IMG/VR virus record: IMGVR_UViG_3300027917_000026
Strand: one strand, 5' to 3'
DNA: 64,000 nucleotides
DNA from: an uncultured virus (IMG/VR IMGVR_UViG_3300027917_000026)
Taxonomy: Duplodnaviria; Heunggongvirae; Uroviricota; Caudoviricetes
The position numbers and the translations under genes were made by a program. The notes beneath the pieces were generated by a model. It was not told where the DNA came from. It searched no databases and saw nothing but the letters and a program-made list of their open reading frames with translations. Positions 38,171 to 48,548 of the stretch are shown in pieces (the stretch's first letter is position 1; each line of letters begins with the position of its first letter).

Positions 38171-40696
38171 CTAAGTTGTTGTGGTTGTAGTTGTTGTGGT
38201 TGTAGTTGTTGTCGTTGTTGTAGTAATATCCAAACAAGCAAACTCAACAAATCCAGTCGGTGGCGAATAATCCCATTCATCCGAAGATAATCTAATTGTA
38301 ACTTCATCATTAGTATTGTAAAGCGCCGCCGCCGCTTGAAACTTATCTCCACTCAAATTACTATATGCTGGATCCGTATCAGTTGCGGGATTAGGCGAAC
38401 CACTACCTTGCCATGTATTATTTTTCGACCACCATATTTTATTTGTAGCTAAATTAATTGCTACACCAATAACATCACCCGTTGTGTAGGTACTTCCAAA
38501 ACTCGAACTTGAGGTGTTATAGGTAACACCTGTAGTATGATAACCCCATGAATCATTGGTTTGACCAACATAATTTGATACAATAAAATCTTCGTTGCCA
38601 ATACCTAACAATAATTCATTAGCACGATTATCTACATAAAATTCAAAGTAAAATTTATTTTGTCCAAATGCACCCTTTGCCGTGAAGTACTTGCTAACCG
38701 CTGATTTCCAACCAAATCCTGTTGCTTTAGCATTTCTATTTCTATCTGATAAAGTGATATTACTACCTATGTCAACAGGATCAAAACTACAATTGTATAG
38801 CGGCATTGTAACAGTTGTAGTACTTGTCGTGGTGGTTGTAGTTGTTGTGGTTGTAGTTGTTGTCGGCCAAACATCATCACAAGGCATTCCACCAAATCCT
38901 GTTGGCGGAGTATAATCCCAATCACTGGAATGTAGGTATAATCGCCATTTGGTATTCAAAGCATATGCGGCGACAAACGCATATATTTCACTACCATCAA
39001 CATCGTCAAACGCTGGATCCGTGCCACTCGCGGGATCAGGAGAACCACTTCCTTGCCATACATTTTCTTTTGCAAACCAAATTTTACCTGTAGAACTATC
39101 AATATCATTAACATCAATTGCTACACCAATTCTATCTCCAGCTGTATATGAAGAACCAAATGATATGTTCGATCCATTGTGATATTTCTCACCTGTTTGT
39201 CCACGATAACCCCAGCCATACTGATCGCTTCCCGGATACGTGGATGGAACCGCATTCTCATTTCCTATACCAATTATTATGTTGCCATCACCCATAGTAA
39301 TTGGTTCAACTTCGAAGTAAAACTTACTTGTACCCATTCCATTGACAACATAAGGTTTAGAAATTACTCCTTTCCATTGACTGGTTGAAGTTATTCTTGT
39401 TGCATCAACATTGCCGTTGCTCAATCCAACCAATGCATCTTTATTCGCTGGATCCCACGCACAAGCATATTGAGGCACTGTTACAGTAGTCGTTGTTGTT
39501 GTAGTCGTTGTTGTTGTAGTCGTTTGTGTGATTAATGAACCATACCAATAAATTTCACCACATTGCACATAGCTAGGATCACCGTGATTGTCAGTTATAT
39601 CAACTCTATGATATCGATAATAGGTTGTCGAATCGACAAAGTAATTTCTTCTTTCACCATTACTCCAACTAGGCTCACTTGTTAATGTTTTTAAAGTGTA
39701 CCAATCGGAATTATTATTACTACCTTGAATTGTAAAGTCTTTTGGTGCCCTATATTCTTCAGATAGGTTGTTTACCTGATATCCTACAACTTGTATCTTT
39801 GCGGCGCGGTTTACACCAAAATCTACTTTCCACCAACCAACACCACCACCTGTCTCACCGACCCAATATTGACTAGAGCCAATTTGTCCATCTAATGCCT
39901 TCCAAGCATTTAGCGTAACATATTCAGAATCTGCGCTGACAGTTCGATTATTTCTGGTATAATCAGTCCAAGTGTGCGGTGCTAAAAGATCAGGCGCGGT
40001 TGATGTAGTTGTTGTGCTTGTTGTCGTTGTGCTGGTTGTAGTTGTTGTGGTTGTAAATCCCTCATAGTAAAGCGCATAAATTTCCTGTTGTGTCAAGCCA
40101 CCACTACCACCAAGAGTATAAATTTTTACATGATCGATTCTTCCATCAATGCCATTGGTGTTGTCAGCCTTGCCCCCTATGACTACACCATCAAAGCCTG
40201 TCGCATCCGCGTTCCCAAAGGATCCAGCCCGATCCAACTCTTTTACTCCATTAACCCACAACTCAAAATTTGTAGTTGTTTTCTGCACAACCATATGATA
40301 CCAAGTGGTTGCTGATACGGCAAAGCCTGACCCTGCCGTTGCCTGATCATCTACCTCATATGCACCCGCGCCGCCGCTTGCCGATCTAGTTATATGCACC
40401 CTTGCGGCACCTGTTACCTTCACCAAACCGATGCCACTATTGGTTCCATCCGAATTACTACAAACAACCAAAGGCCGATTGACCGAATCTGTTGGCACCG
40501 TATCGAAGCGAACAAAAAATGATATTGCCATGTTGTTATTCAATTCACTTGGAAATGACTTCGTTCGCACAAAATCAGTACCATCAAAGTCAAGTGCAAA
40601 TGATCCTAACGACACACCTGTCTTTGTAGCTGTTTGTGTTGCATCAAAAATTAATGCATTGTAATTGGCTTGCTGATCTGGTAATTTAATTGCCAT
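38171..40696 (-). CDS. multidomain adhesin: LamG-like, discoidin(F5/8)-like and two SPRY/B30.2-like domains joined by poly-Thr linkers
   Basis: WYHMVV..LWVNG..GRIDHV (LamG); WWKVDFG..PKDFTIQGSN..YRYHR (discoidin); twice KFYFE..GIG..GDxIGVA..KIW..PP.GF (SPRY); four T-tracts. Confidence 0.82.
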   Translation of the reverse strand: MAIKLPDQQANYNALIFDATQTATKTGVSLGSFALDFDGTDFVRTKSFPSELNNNMAISFFVRFDTVPTDSVNRPLVVCSNSDGTNSGIGLVKVTGAARVHITRSASGGAGAYEVDDQATAGSGFAVSATTWYHMVVQKTTTNFELWVNGVKELDRAGSFGNADATGFDGVVIGGKADNTNGIDGRIDHVKIYTLGGSGGLTQQEIYALYYEGFTTTTTTTSTTTTSTTTTSTAPDLLAPHTWTDYTRNNRTVSADSEYVTLNAWKALDGQIGSSQYWVGETGGGVGWWKVDFGVNRAAKIQVVGYQVNNLSEEYRAPKDFTIQGSNNNSDWYTLKTLTSEPSWSNGERRNYFVDSTTYYRYHRVDITDNHGDPSYVQCGEIYWYGSLITQTTTTTTTTTTTTTVTVPQYACAWDPANKDALVGLSNGNVDATRITSTSQWKGVISKPYVVNGMGTSKFYFEVEPITMGDGNIIIGIGNENAVPSTYPGSDQYGWGYRGQTGEKYHNGSNISFGSSYTAGDRIGVAIDVNDIDSSTGKIWFAKENVWQGSGSPDPASGTDPAFDDVDGSEIYAFVAAYALNTKWRLYLHSSDWDYTPPTGFGGMPCDDVWPTTTTTTTTTTTTTSTTTVTMPLYNCSFDPVDIGSNITLSDRNRNAKATGFGWKSAVSKYFTAKGAFGQNKFYFEFYVDNRANELLLGIGNEDFIVSNYVGQTNDSWGYHTTGVTYNTSSSSFGSTYTTGDVIGVAINLATNKIWWSKNNTWQGSGSPNPATDTDPAYSNLSGDKFQAAAALYNTNDEVTIRLSSDEWDYSPPTGFVEFACLDITTTTTTTTTTTTTTTTT

Positions 40697-40705
40697 TTAC
40701 TACCT

Positions 40706-42298
40706 TTAAGTTGTTGTCGTTGTTGTTGTAGTCGTTGTTGTTGTAGTCGTTGTGTAGTTATCCACATTTCTGATATAGAAATTCTTTGTGTATCCTGATA
40801 TCGTTGCTGTTCCAGATGCATCCCTACTTCCAACCGCAACTAAATATCTCAATGTCGTGGTGTGACAAATAGTTGTTAGGCTATCAACTAACGTTTCCCT
40901 ACATTCATCTGAAAAGATATCAAGATACAGATTGCTACCTATTCGATAGAAATTAAAATACCAATGACCTGTTGTTCCACTTCCCACATATGTATCTGTT
41001 ACCGCATTATAAGGATCAAAAAGTTCTATTGTTAAATTGCCAGCGTTGTTATATATTGAAACAGTAAAACCATTATTTGAATTATCTATATCCTGATAGG
41101 TTCCAGTGCTATTAGAGATAGCACAAACCATCACAAAACCATCGGTATCAGATGCAGTTATTTCAGCCTCAAATTTTACATGGAAATCACCAAAGTTACC
41201 CGCGCCATGATCTTCTGAAATCCAACTATTCGCAACACGTTGCATGGTATCAAATGTTGCCGTATGTAGATATCTAGTCAGATCACCCGCACTATCGGTT
41301 TCATCATATGTAGTCAAATCCTCATAAGGCATTGTGTACCATACATGCAGTTCAACCACTTCGGCGGCGGATGCATGTTCATATGCTGATAGATCTCTAT
41401 ATACCCAAGAACCAGAAGCATTGTCTCTAATTTGCGCAATTACTGCATCACCACATTGCCAATTGGCGGCATCAATAATAGTTTGCAAAATTGTTTTTAA
41501 TTGTGGGGTGTACCATTCTTCGCCATCATACCAATAACCTTGCGGTATCCAATTGACAGCAGAAGTAAGACTTGCACCTGTTATCTCAGTAGCATTTGCA
41601 TAGGCATCTGGATTCTTTGCTGTATCAAAGTAGATATTTACATTCGGGTTGCCTGTTTCTTTTGTGCTTTGTGCCGTGACTTTCATGTAGGCACTTTGAA
41701 TCGTTGCCCCCTCTGGAATAGTGACACTATCAAATCTAAAGAAGCCATATACTGCAAAAGATGAATATTTACCCATGTAGATATTAGCGGATGTATTACT
41801 ATAATTTGTGCCACCCGAATAGCAACGCCCATCATCTGTACCCGCCGCAATTAAGAATTGACCACCAATAGCCGATGTAGTTGTTGTGCTTGTTGTCGTT
41901 GTTGTGCTTGTTGTCGTTGTGGTGGTCGTACCTTCCATGTTATAGAAAATCAGCATTTGAGCCGCCGCCACGGTGGTTGTTGTAGTCGTTGACGTTGTGG
42001 TGGTTGTCGATGAGGATGTTGTACTAGTTGATGTTGTACTAGTTGATGTAGTACTAGTGGTTGTAGTGGTTGTGGTTACAGGCAAAATAGTATTATACGG
42101 CACATTAATAAATTTTTGTGTCGGCTGATCCCACACCAACATATCATTATTTGCCAGCGAAGTAATATTGGTATCAATCATGCCATCGACATAGAGCAAT
42201 ACATCGTTGAGCAAACGTGTATTTCTCTCCATGATCTCATTCCATGCTTGAGTGCCATACCCCAATTTTTGTAGTAATGTTGGTGAAAGTTTTGCCAC
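40706..42298 (-). CDS. tail fibre/adhesin with three poly-Thr/Ser tracts
   Basis: N-terminal fibre module; FRFDSVTIPEGATIQSAY beta-sandwich; T15 C-terminus. Confidence 0.78.
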   Translation of the reverse strand: MAKLSPTLLQKLGYGTQAWNEIMERNTRLLNDVLLYVDGMIDTNITSLANNDMLVWDQPTQKFINVPYNTILPVTTTTTTTSTTSTSTTSTSTTSSSTTTTTSTTTTTTVAAAQMLIFYNMEGTTTTTTTSTTTTTSTTTTSAIGGQFLIAAGTDDGRCYSGGTNYSNTSANIYMGKYSSFAVYGFFRFDSVTIPEGATIQSAYMKVTAQSTKETGNPNVNIYFDTAKNPDAYANATEITGASLTSAVNWIPQGYWYDGEEWYTPQLKTILQTIIDAANWQCGDAVIAQIRDNASGSWVYRDLSAYEHASAAEVVELHVWYTMPYEDLTTYDETDSAGDLTRYLHTATFDTMQRVANSWISEDHGAGNFGDFHVKFEAEITASDTDGFVMVCAISNSTGTYQDIDNSNNGFTVSIYNNAGNLTIELFDPYNAVTDTYVGSGTTGHWYFNFYRIGSNLYLDIFSDECRETLVDSLTTICHTTTLRYLVAVGSRDASGTATISGYTKNFYIRNVDNYTTTTTTTTTTTTTTT

Positions 42299-42301
42299 TA
42301 A

Positions 42302-44548
42302 TTAACTCCAATACTCGCCATCTGTGGTGTCAACAGATACACTGACCCACGAAGATTGATATGAACCATTCACTTGTCTTGCATAATAAATGAATGCGCC
42401 AGCCTTAGTTCTTGTATCGTGCCCTGTAGTCAAAAATTGACTTGCACCTGATCCCTCATCTGAATCATACACTTCCAAGGTATCATCAACACTGATCGGC
42501 GTGTAGTCATTTTGTGCATCCGCCGCCAATTTACCAGAACCATCATAGAATTGCGTTGTAGTATAAATGGTCAAGATAACAGATGAACCACTTCGCTCGG
42601 CTTTAATTGCCATCGGTATCCATGGCTGTTGCGCTCGGTTATAAACTGTAGTAACATGCATTGCAGTTGCGGAAGATTCCGCAACTTTTGACCCACCATG
42701 ATAAGGCAAATACTTCATGTAAAAATCTGATGATGTTACACCGGTTAAAATACTACCAACTCCAAAATTGAAAAGCCAAATGGCTGAACCACTGTTATGT
42801 GTTGATGGCGTTGTGTTTAGACAGCCACGAATTACTCCTGTCAAACGATAACTACTTGCCCCCTCTGCCGTGACCGTTTGAAACTTGACGATCTCATTAC
42901 CCATCAATGCATATCTATGTGTAGCAAACAAATCGCCACGGCTTAACGACTCAAATATTGGATCATCACGATATGGCGTATAAAGAATTCCAATTTCATC
43001 ATCGATAGTATAGGTGTTTACAGTATATGCTTCATCTAACGTGCCATATTGTGACCACCCGCTGAAGTCACCCTTGCTTGTATAGTCAGATCCAGTGGTT
43101 GAAAATATTACTTCCCATCCATCCTCAAAACTATTAACTCTCGCCGCAAGTAGTAAATATACTCTATCTGAACCTGTCAATGAATTATATGGAAGTTCAT
43201 AATAACCTTGATAAACAAGTGCATCAGGCGAAGTATCTATTGGTATCCATCCGGGTTCTCCACCTGTCGAATAGTTAGCATCAAATAATGTTTCACTGAA
43301 TTGCTCCATTTCCCAAGTTAGTTTATTTTGATCTATTTCCGTAACATTTTTTTCAGTGATCCTAAAATCTGCATCCGCAATATTATATTCACTATTATTA
43401 ACTCTAACAATATCACCGACATTTACTTCCCAAAACTTAAGTGTAGTTGAACCTGTTATCCTTGCGTAAGGATAACTTTCCTTTTTCATAATTTCCCACA
43501 AGCGTTTGCTTGCTGTATCTAAATCACGGAAAGCAGTCAAGTCAACTGATAATGGTTTTTTCCTACCTTGCAATGCCGCATTTGCGGGGTTTCGAGCAAT
43601 TACGGTTCTTTGACTCCAATCCTGATCCGCATCAATAAAGTTCCCACGAAATTCATTGTAGGTATCATACCAAGTTCTTCGCTGGAAATTAAAATCACCC
43701 CAATCCTCTGTATCAAAAGTATCAACATAAGTGTCATTTTCATCAAATGCTTTCAATCTAAATTTGTTTTCATGATCAACACCAAAGGAGCCACCAACCA
43801 TACCTAACACATGGGAGATCTTTTCTTTTGCTTTAGATTGTTTTTTAAATTGGATATTAAGCCCATATCCTTTGTTATACCAATATGTGCCAGCCGCATT
43901 GAATGAAGACAGATCAAATTGACTAGGTAAAGCACCCGCCTCAAGTAAAATATCATAGATGATTGCATGTGCATTTGCTCCATTGGAAAGTGTTGGATTT
44001 GTTACACCTGCCGAAGATAAATCTCTTTCGACAACATAGTGAATAGTTGGCACAACAGTATTGTTATCACCAAGTAGCATTTGCTTGTAAAATACATGAG
44101 CAACACCCGGCAATTTATTTGCATCAGCACCAGGATATGTAGGAAAAGTTTCTTCGGTTCCATCATTCTCTTGAGTCACTTCTGCTGATACAGTTTCCAA
44201 ATCATCTTGCACGTATGTTTCAATCCAAGTTATTTTCCCACGACAAACAGCTTGCCATATATCTAGCCAATATCGATATCCAACAACAACTTCACTACTC
44301 CCACCTTTGCCGCCGGACTTTTCTTTTACTTCTTTTGATTTTAAATTACCATACCAGATAATATTTCCAGTAATTCTTACTCTTCCATAAACTATTGGTA
44401 CAACAGCACCTTCAGAGGCTTGAGTTATATTTAGGTCATCAGTTGATGCTGGAGACATATCGGGTTGTTGCCCTTTGGCAAGCACCGATGCCAATACTAA
44501 ACCACCGATAATTACTACAGCCGCAACTAAGGCATAAACAAGACCCAT
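42302..44548 (-). CDS. tail tip / central tail protein (GTA-type phage tail family)
   Basis: VPIVYGRVRITGNIIWYG, GGKGG, VGDIV, RGCLNT..H..G. Confidence 0.85.
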   Translation of the reverse strand: MGLVYALVAAVVIIGGLVLASVLAKGQQPDMSPASTDDLNITQASEGAVVPIVYGRVRITGNIIWYGNLKSKEVKEKSGGKGGSSEVVVGYRYWLDIWQAVCRGKITWIETYVQDDLETVSAEVTQENDGTEETFPTYPGADANKLPGVAHVFYKQMLLGDNNTVVPTIHYVVERDLSSAGVTNPTLSNGANAHAIIYDILLEAGALPSQFDLSSFNAAGTYWYNKGYGLNIQFKKQSKAKEKISHVLGMVGGSFGVDHENKFRLKAFDENDTYVDTFDTEDWGDFNFQRRTWYDTYNEFRGNFIDADQDWSQRTVIARNPANAALQGRKKPLSVDLTAFRDLDTASKRLWEIMKKESYPYARITGSTTLKFWEVNVGDIVRVNNSEYNIADADFRITEKNVTEIDQNKLTWEMEQFSETLFDANYSTGGEPGWIPIDTSPDALVYQGYYELPYNSLTGSDRVYLLLAARVNSFEDGWEVIFSTTGSDYTSKGDFSGWSQYGTLDEAYTVNTYTIDDEIGILYTPYRDDPIFESLSRGDLFATHRYALMGNEIVKFQTVTAEGASSYRLTGVIRGCLNTTPSTHNSGSAIWLFNFGVGSILTGVTSSDFYMKYLPYHGGSKVAESSATAMHVTTVYNRAQQPWIPMAIKAERSGSSVILTIYTTTQFYDGSGKLAADAQNDYTPISVDDTLEVYDSDEGSGASQFLTTGHDTRTKAGAFIYYARQVNGSYQSSWVSVSVDTTDGEYWS

Positions 44549-45058
44549 TTATTTCTCCTCAATTATTATTCGCCACACGGTAGTCAAACATCGATTCCAT
44601 GCGCGGTTATATTCAATCTCACAAACACCCATTGAGTTTATACTATTAACCATCCAGTTTCTCTTCCCCAGCCACATAGCCGTGTGGTTCGTGCATTTGC
44701 TACGTGGTGTTTTAAAACCAAGCAAATCACCACGAAAAAAATCATCTGTAGTTATTTCACATTTTTTCAAAGTGATTGACGTGTAGCCATCTGCAAGATG
44801 ATTATCCAAATGATAAATTAAACTGTTTTTTACCATTTCTTCATTTGTATGAACATTCCAATCTTTTGGGTAGTAATCCGGCCTTTCAAGTTTTTTCATC
44901 AAACCAACTTCATGATAACAGGCGGCCAGAAACAATGTGCAATCAGCACCCCTTTGCTTCACCATCATCATATGCCTATAAGGTGTACCGAGCCATGACT
45001 GCATAATAGGGATCATCTTATCCCAAAGTTTATCTTCAGCAAATGCAGGAACCATCAT
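44549..45058 (-). CDS. NlpC/P60 tail-associated peptidase
   Basis: WLGTPY..GADC..GDLL..HTAM. Confidence 0.88.
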   Translation of the reverse strand: MMVPAFAEDKLWDKMIPIMQSWLGTPYRHMMMVKQRGADCTLFLAACYHEVGLMKKLERPDYYPKDWNVHTNEEMVKNSLIYHLDNHLADGYTSITLKKCEITTDDFFRGDLLGFKTPRSKCTNHTAMWLGKRNWMVNSINSMGVCEIEYNRAWNRCLTTVWRIIIEEK

Positions 45059-45846
45059 ACTCCCCAGTAAACCGGATTTTTACTTGGTATATATGGAAAC
45101 CCCAAGAAGTGATCCTCAAAATTATTAAATACTCTACACGTATCAGGCTTGCCATCACAACCGGGATATACTACAACTGATGAACCATCAACCAATGTTG
45201 AATCAAACGGCATATGAATTTCTAGATCAGTTCCCGTATGATCAGTTATCAATCGTTCATCCGCACCATATTGAACACGTCCAATATTAAAGTAGCCATC
45301 ATCATAAGTATCAAAAGTGGCACTTGACAAAGTGCTTCCACTAACTGTTACAACAGCATTGACAATATATGCCGTGTAGTCAAGTCCACAACCCGCATCA
45401 AAAATTTCATGGTTGCAATAACTTTGATAAACTATACGTGGAGTTTCATGATTTAAAATTCCGGAGTTACTTTCACAAATTGCTTGTGCAATCCTATTTG
45501 AAAACCCAACAGTTAAAATCAATCCAACGAAGAGAATGCTATAATCTGTTAGATCCGACTTTAATGCTCTGTAGATAGTCAATGTTGTTGGTTCTAAAGG
45601 TGTATTTGTTACAAACCTCTCAAACCCTGCTGTTACAGGCGCACTAATAGTGCATCTAACAGAAGAGAATTCTTTATCAAAAGTAAAACCTGACCTCTTT
45701 ATTGGTGCGGTCTGAAAAGTTGTTCCAAGAAACACAATATCTTCCGGCCAGGTAGTATATCGTTCATGGTTGCCAGCATATACAAAATCATACATTTCCG
45801 GCAAACCCTGCATTTCTGCTTCTGTATATTCTGTACTAAGTGTCAC
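45055..45846 (-). CDS. baseplate hub protein (DUF2163/BR0599-like)
   Basis: CNHEIFDAGC ... PGCDG..TC..FNN...F.GFPYIP..NP. Confidence 0.85.
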   Translation of the reverse strand: MTLSTEYTEAEMQGLPEMYDFVYAGNHERYTTWPEDIVFLGTTFQTAPIKRSGFTFDKEFSSVRCTISAPVTAGFERFVTNTPLEPTTLTIYRALKSDLTDYSILFVGLILTVGFSNRIAQAICESNSGILNHETPRIVYQSYCNHEIFDAGCGLDYTAYIVNAVVTVSGSTLSSATFDTYDDGYFNIGRVQYGADERLITDHTGTDLEIHMPFDSTLVDGSSVVVYPGCDGKPDTCRVFNNFEDHFLGFPYIPSKNPVYWGV

Positions 45847-46454
45847 GGATATTCCTTTACTAGTTCACGAACATAAATAGTTATTTGCGGGTAGTAATCC
45901 TGACTATAATTCATTATCAAAGCATCTTCATCAAAACGACAAAACAATAACCGACAAATTTTGTAGTGATTTGTTAAGGTGATATCTCTATCAAGGGATG
46001 TAGTTAAAGACAATGATAAATAAGTTGTTTCATCTGTTGTATCATTTACTTCCCTTGTTAAGATATCACCTGTATGCATATCTATCCAAACTCTTTCATA
46101 CCCTTGATATTGCCTCTCCGCTAAATTCCTTTCAACTCTTAATTCAGTTGAACCACTTAATGCGGTTGTAGTTAAAGTAAATTCAGTATGCGGTAACTTC
46201 ATCCAAAAGGCACCAGTGCGACCATACTTACCAACAAAGAAATTGATGAGGTCATATTCTTCATCTTTATCTGGACTAAAACCAAATGACCATACTTCGG
46301 GAACATCATAAGTAAAGCCAATTAACTGCGATACTGTACCCGGATAGTTAATAAGTTCTTTTGCAAGATCAAGATCTCCTTTAGGTGTAACGGCCCAATT
46401 GGGTTCAATCGGGAACAAATCATATCCGCCTAAATCTTCTAAGCTATCCGCCAT
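45843..46454 (-). CDS. distal tail-type virion protein
   Basis: PNW, GRTGAFW, RFDED; position in tail cluster. Confidence 0.7.
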   Translation of the reverse strand: MADSLEDLGGYDLFPIEPNWAVTPKGDLDLAKELINYPGTVSQLIGFTYDVPEVWSFGFSPDKDEEYDLINFFVGKYGRTGAFWMKLPHTEFTLTTTALSGSTELRVERNLAERQYQGYERVWIDMHTGDILTREVNDTTDETTYLSLSLTTSLDRDITLTNHYKICRLLFCRFDEDALIMNYSQDYYPQITIYVRELVKEYP

Positions 46455-47543
46455 TTATACTCCTGTTGCCCGTTCATATTGAATCATTCTAAAATCTCCA
46501 TAAAAAACACTATCAGATTGAGGGTTAACAGAAGTGCCCTCTGCCGTACACATTACTACAGGATAAACAATACACCGTTGCCAAGTAAAAGTGTCACTGA
46601 CCGCAACCGCACATTCAATTGAGTTTGCATTCACAGTATCAATTTCTTTGATTTCAGCTTGCAATGTAGTATGATCAATAATAACTATATATTCAGCCTG
46701 ATTATTCAGATTCCAAAGATTTGTCAAATCATTTGATGTAGTTATTGTGGTTGACGAATTAAAATCTGACGCTGGATATGCATGTTCAGTGAAGACAGGA
46801 ATACCAAAAACTTTGTCATGCCCATAAGACATTGTTTGCTTCATTTTTTGAGCCGACAGGCCTTCCGCTATTATACGAAAAGCAAACTTATAATATGGAG
46901 TATATCTCAACGGTCGGCGTTGTTCCACAAAGTATTTATTTCTTTGCAGTGCTGTTGTAAAATGCATTTCTATATTAACCTTGCTATCCCAATCAGGTTC
47001 CCATGGTACAGGCACAACACGGATGCCTTCAATTTCAGTAGTATAGTCAACCGAATTAACTGTTACTGTATAGATCGTTGATTGTAAAGGCGGCCCTTCT
47101 CCTAAAACAGTTAATATAAGTTGTTCATCACCAAATTTACCGATACTAATTGGTAGTGAATCATGAGATATAGTTGTACCATCAGTGGCAACGCCACTTA
47201 CAGCAGTAATTGATGCCGTTACATCTAAGTAGGCATTCCAAACTTTAATTTCATATTCTTTATTCTCCACTATAAAACCAGCATCGATAGTCGCGGGTTC
47301 ATACCAAATTCTCCAAAATAGAAATTCATCACCAAATGAAAAATGTAGTATAGCGTCGCGGGTCTTTGCTATATCCGTCATTCCTTGACCAACACGAATT
47401 GGAAGCATTGCATCATAATCACTAGGGCTGTTTGCTATCAAAAACAATTCAAGACTAGTGCTTCTGGTCCCAGGTGGCACCCAATTTGATGCGTGATTAG
47501 GTAGCATTCGATCACTTACAACGATACCATTTACTGTACCCAT
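46455..47543 (-). CDS. tail virion structural protein
   Basis: VWNAY, PDW, EQRRPLR..P motifs; tail cluster. Confidence 0.7.
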   Translation of the reverse strand: MGTVNGIVVSDRMLPNHASNWVPPGTRSTSLELFLIANSPSDYDAMLPIRVGQGMTDIAKTRDAILHFSFGDEFLFWRIWYEPATIDAGFIVENKEYEIKVWNAYLDVTASITAVSGVATDGTTISHDSLPISIGKFGDEQLILTVLGEGPPLQSTIYTVTVNSVDYTTEIEGIRVVPVPWEPDWDSKVNIEMHFTTALQRNKYFVEQRRPLRYTPYYKFAFRIIAEGLSAQKMKQTMSYGHDKVFGIPVFTEHAYPASDFNSSTTITTSNDLTNLWNLNNQAEYIVIIDHTTLQAEIKEIDTVNANSIECAVAVSDTFTWQRCIVYPVVMCTAEGTSVNPQSDSVFYGDFRMIQYERATGV

Positions 47544-48535
47544 TAAACCACCCTAAATGCAATGCCATTAGTTCTTGTAGAGAAGTAATCTGGAAAAACC
47601 AAATATTCTTCAGAACCATATGTTAATGTGTCACCAAAACCCAACCCACCAAAAGGAGTATAAAACCACGGCCAGTAACCAACAGGAAACCAAACAGAAT
47701 CAATTTCTCTTTGTAGGAAAACAACTGGATTGATCATCGTTCTTTTTCCCGTCCATGGATTTAATTTTATCGCACCAATGCAGTTATTAAAATAACCTGG
47801 GGTCGCCTGACCTTCAGCTTGTAAATTACAAGCTGTACTCCAATGCCAAGTCGGATGATTATTACCCGCCGCAACATCCCATGATGAGGGATATGTTATA
47901 TTCCCTTTATATTCATGTGGAAATCTCCATCTTGTCGGATATGTAAATGCATCATACCACTTTGAAAATGTAGGACTATCCCAATGATGCCCCGTATTAC
48001 AACGATAAAAAGTATTTGTACTATTTGTTTTAAACATCTCCGGCATACCAAAGTGCATAAAGCACATAAACGAAGTATCAATTGCAAGTGCTATCATTAC
48101 AAACCTTGCATTGCCAAAGAACCAAACAGCACTCATCGTTCCGGGAGATAAATATATTTTCTGTCTAAGATGACTAGTATAGCTATTTTGTAACTGAGGT
48201 TCCGTTGAACTACTACCATCAGGGGTAGTACTTGTACCCGGATTTATACCACTCATCCACCATATTTCAGCCGATGGATCACTACCCGTTGCCTCACACC
48301 TAAAACGCATATGCAAGTCATTTGAACCATAACCTGTAGATGAAAGTGACAAATGAGATTCAGAACCACTTATCCATCCGTAAGGCGGCGAAGATCCTGT
48401 TGCACCCCATATCTTATTTTGATTATTGTAGTAATTGCTTGTCCAACCATTTGCCTCTGCAAATGTTTTTAACTTCGCCAAAACATCATGATGGCTTGAT
48501 GGATTTGCATGATACGAATAATTTACAAGTGTCAT
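47543..48535 (-). CDS. tail virion structural protein
   Basis: FAEANGW; tail cluster; resembles neighbour 48549..49829. Confidence 0.7.
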   Translation of the reverse strand: MTLVNYSYHANPSSHHDVLAKLKTFAEANGWTSNYYNNQNKIWGATGSSPPYGWISGSESHLSLSSTGYGSNDLHMRFRCEATGSDPSAEIWWMSGINPGTSTTPDGSSSTEPQLQNSYTSHLRQKIYLSPGTMSAVWFFGNARFVMIALAIDTSFMCFMHFGMPEMFKTNSTNTFYRCNTGHHWDSPTFSKWYDAFTYPTRWRFPHEYKGNITYPSSWDVAAGNNHPTWHWSTACNLQAEGQATPGYFNNCIGAIKLNPWTGKRTMINPVVFLQREIDSVWFPVGYWPWFYTPFGGLGFGDTLTYGSEEYLVFPDYFSTRTNGIAFRVV

Positions 48536-48548
48536 TTACTTCATCCTT

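Noticed and set aside
38171..38237. ACA/ACT/ACC arrays as CRISPR, DGR or simple microsatellites; Asn/Gln-repeat ORFs (37953..38237 extension, 38092..38352, 40651..40839)
   Set aside because: There is no repeat-spacer structure and no reverse transcriptase. The alternative-frame NNYNH/QQLQP and antisense poly-Val ORFs are shadows of the Thr codons; third-position variation fits the Thr frame.
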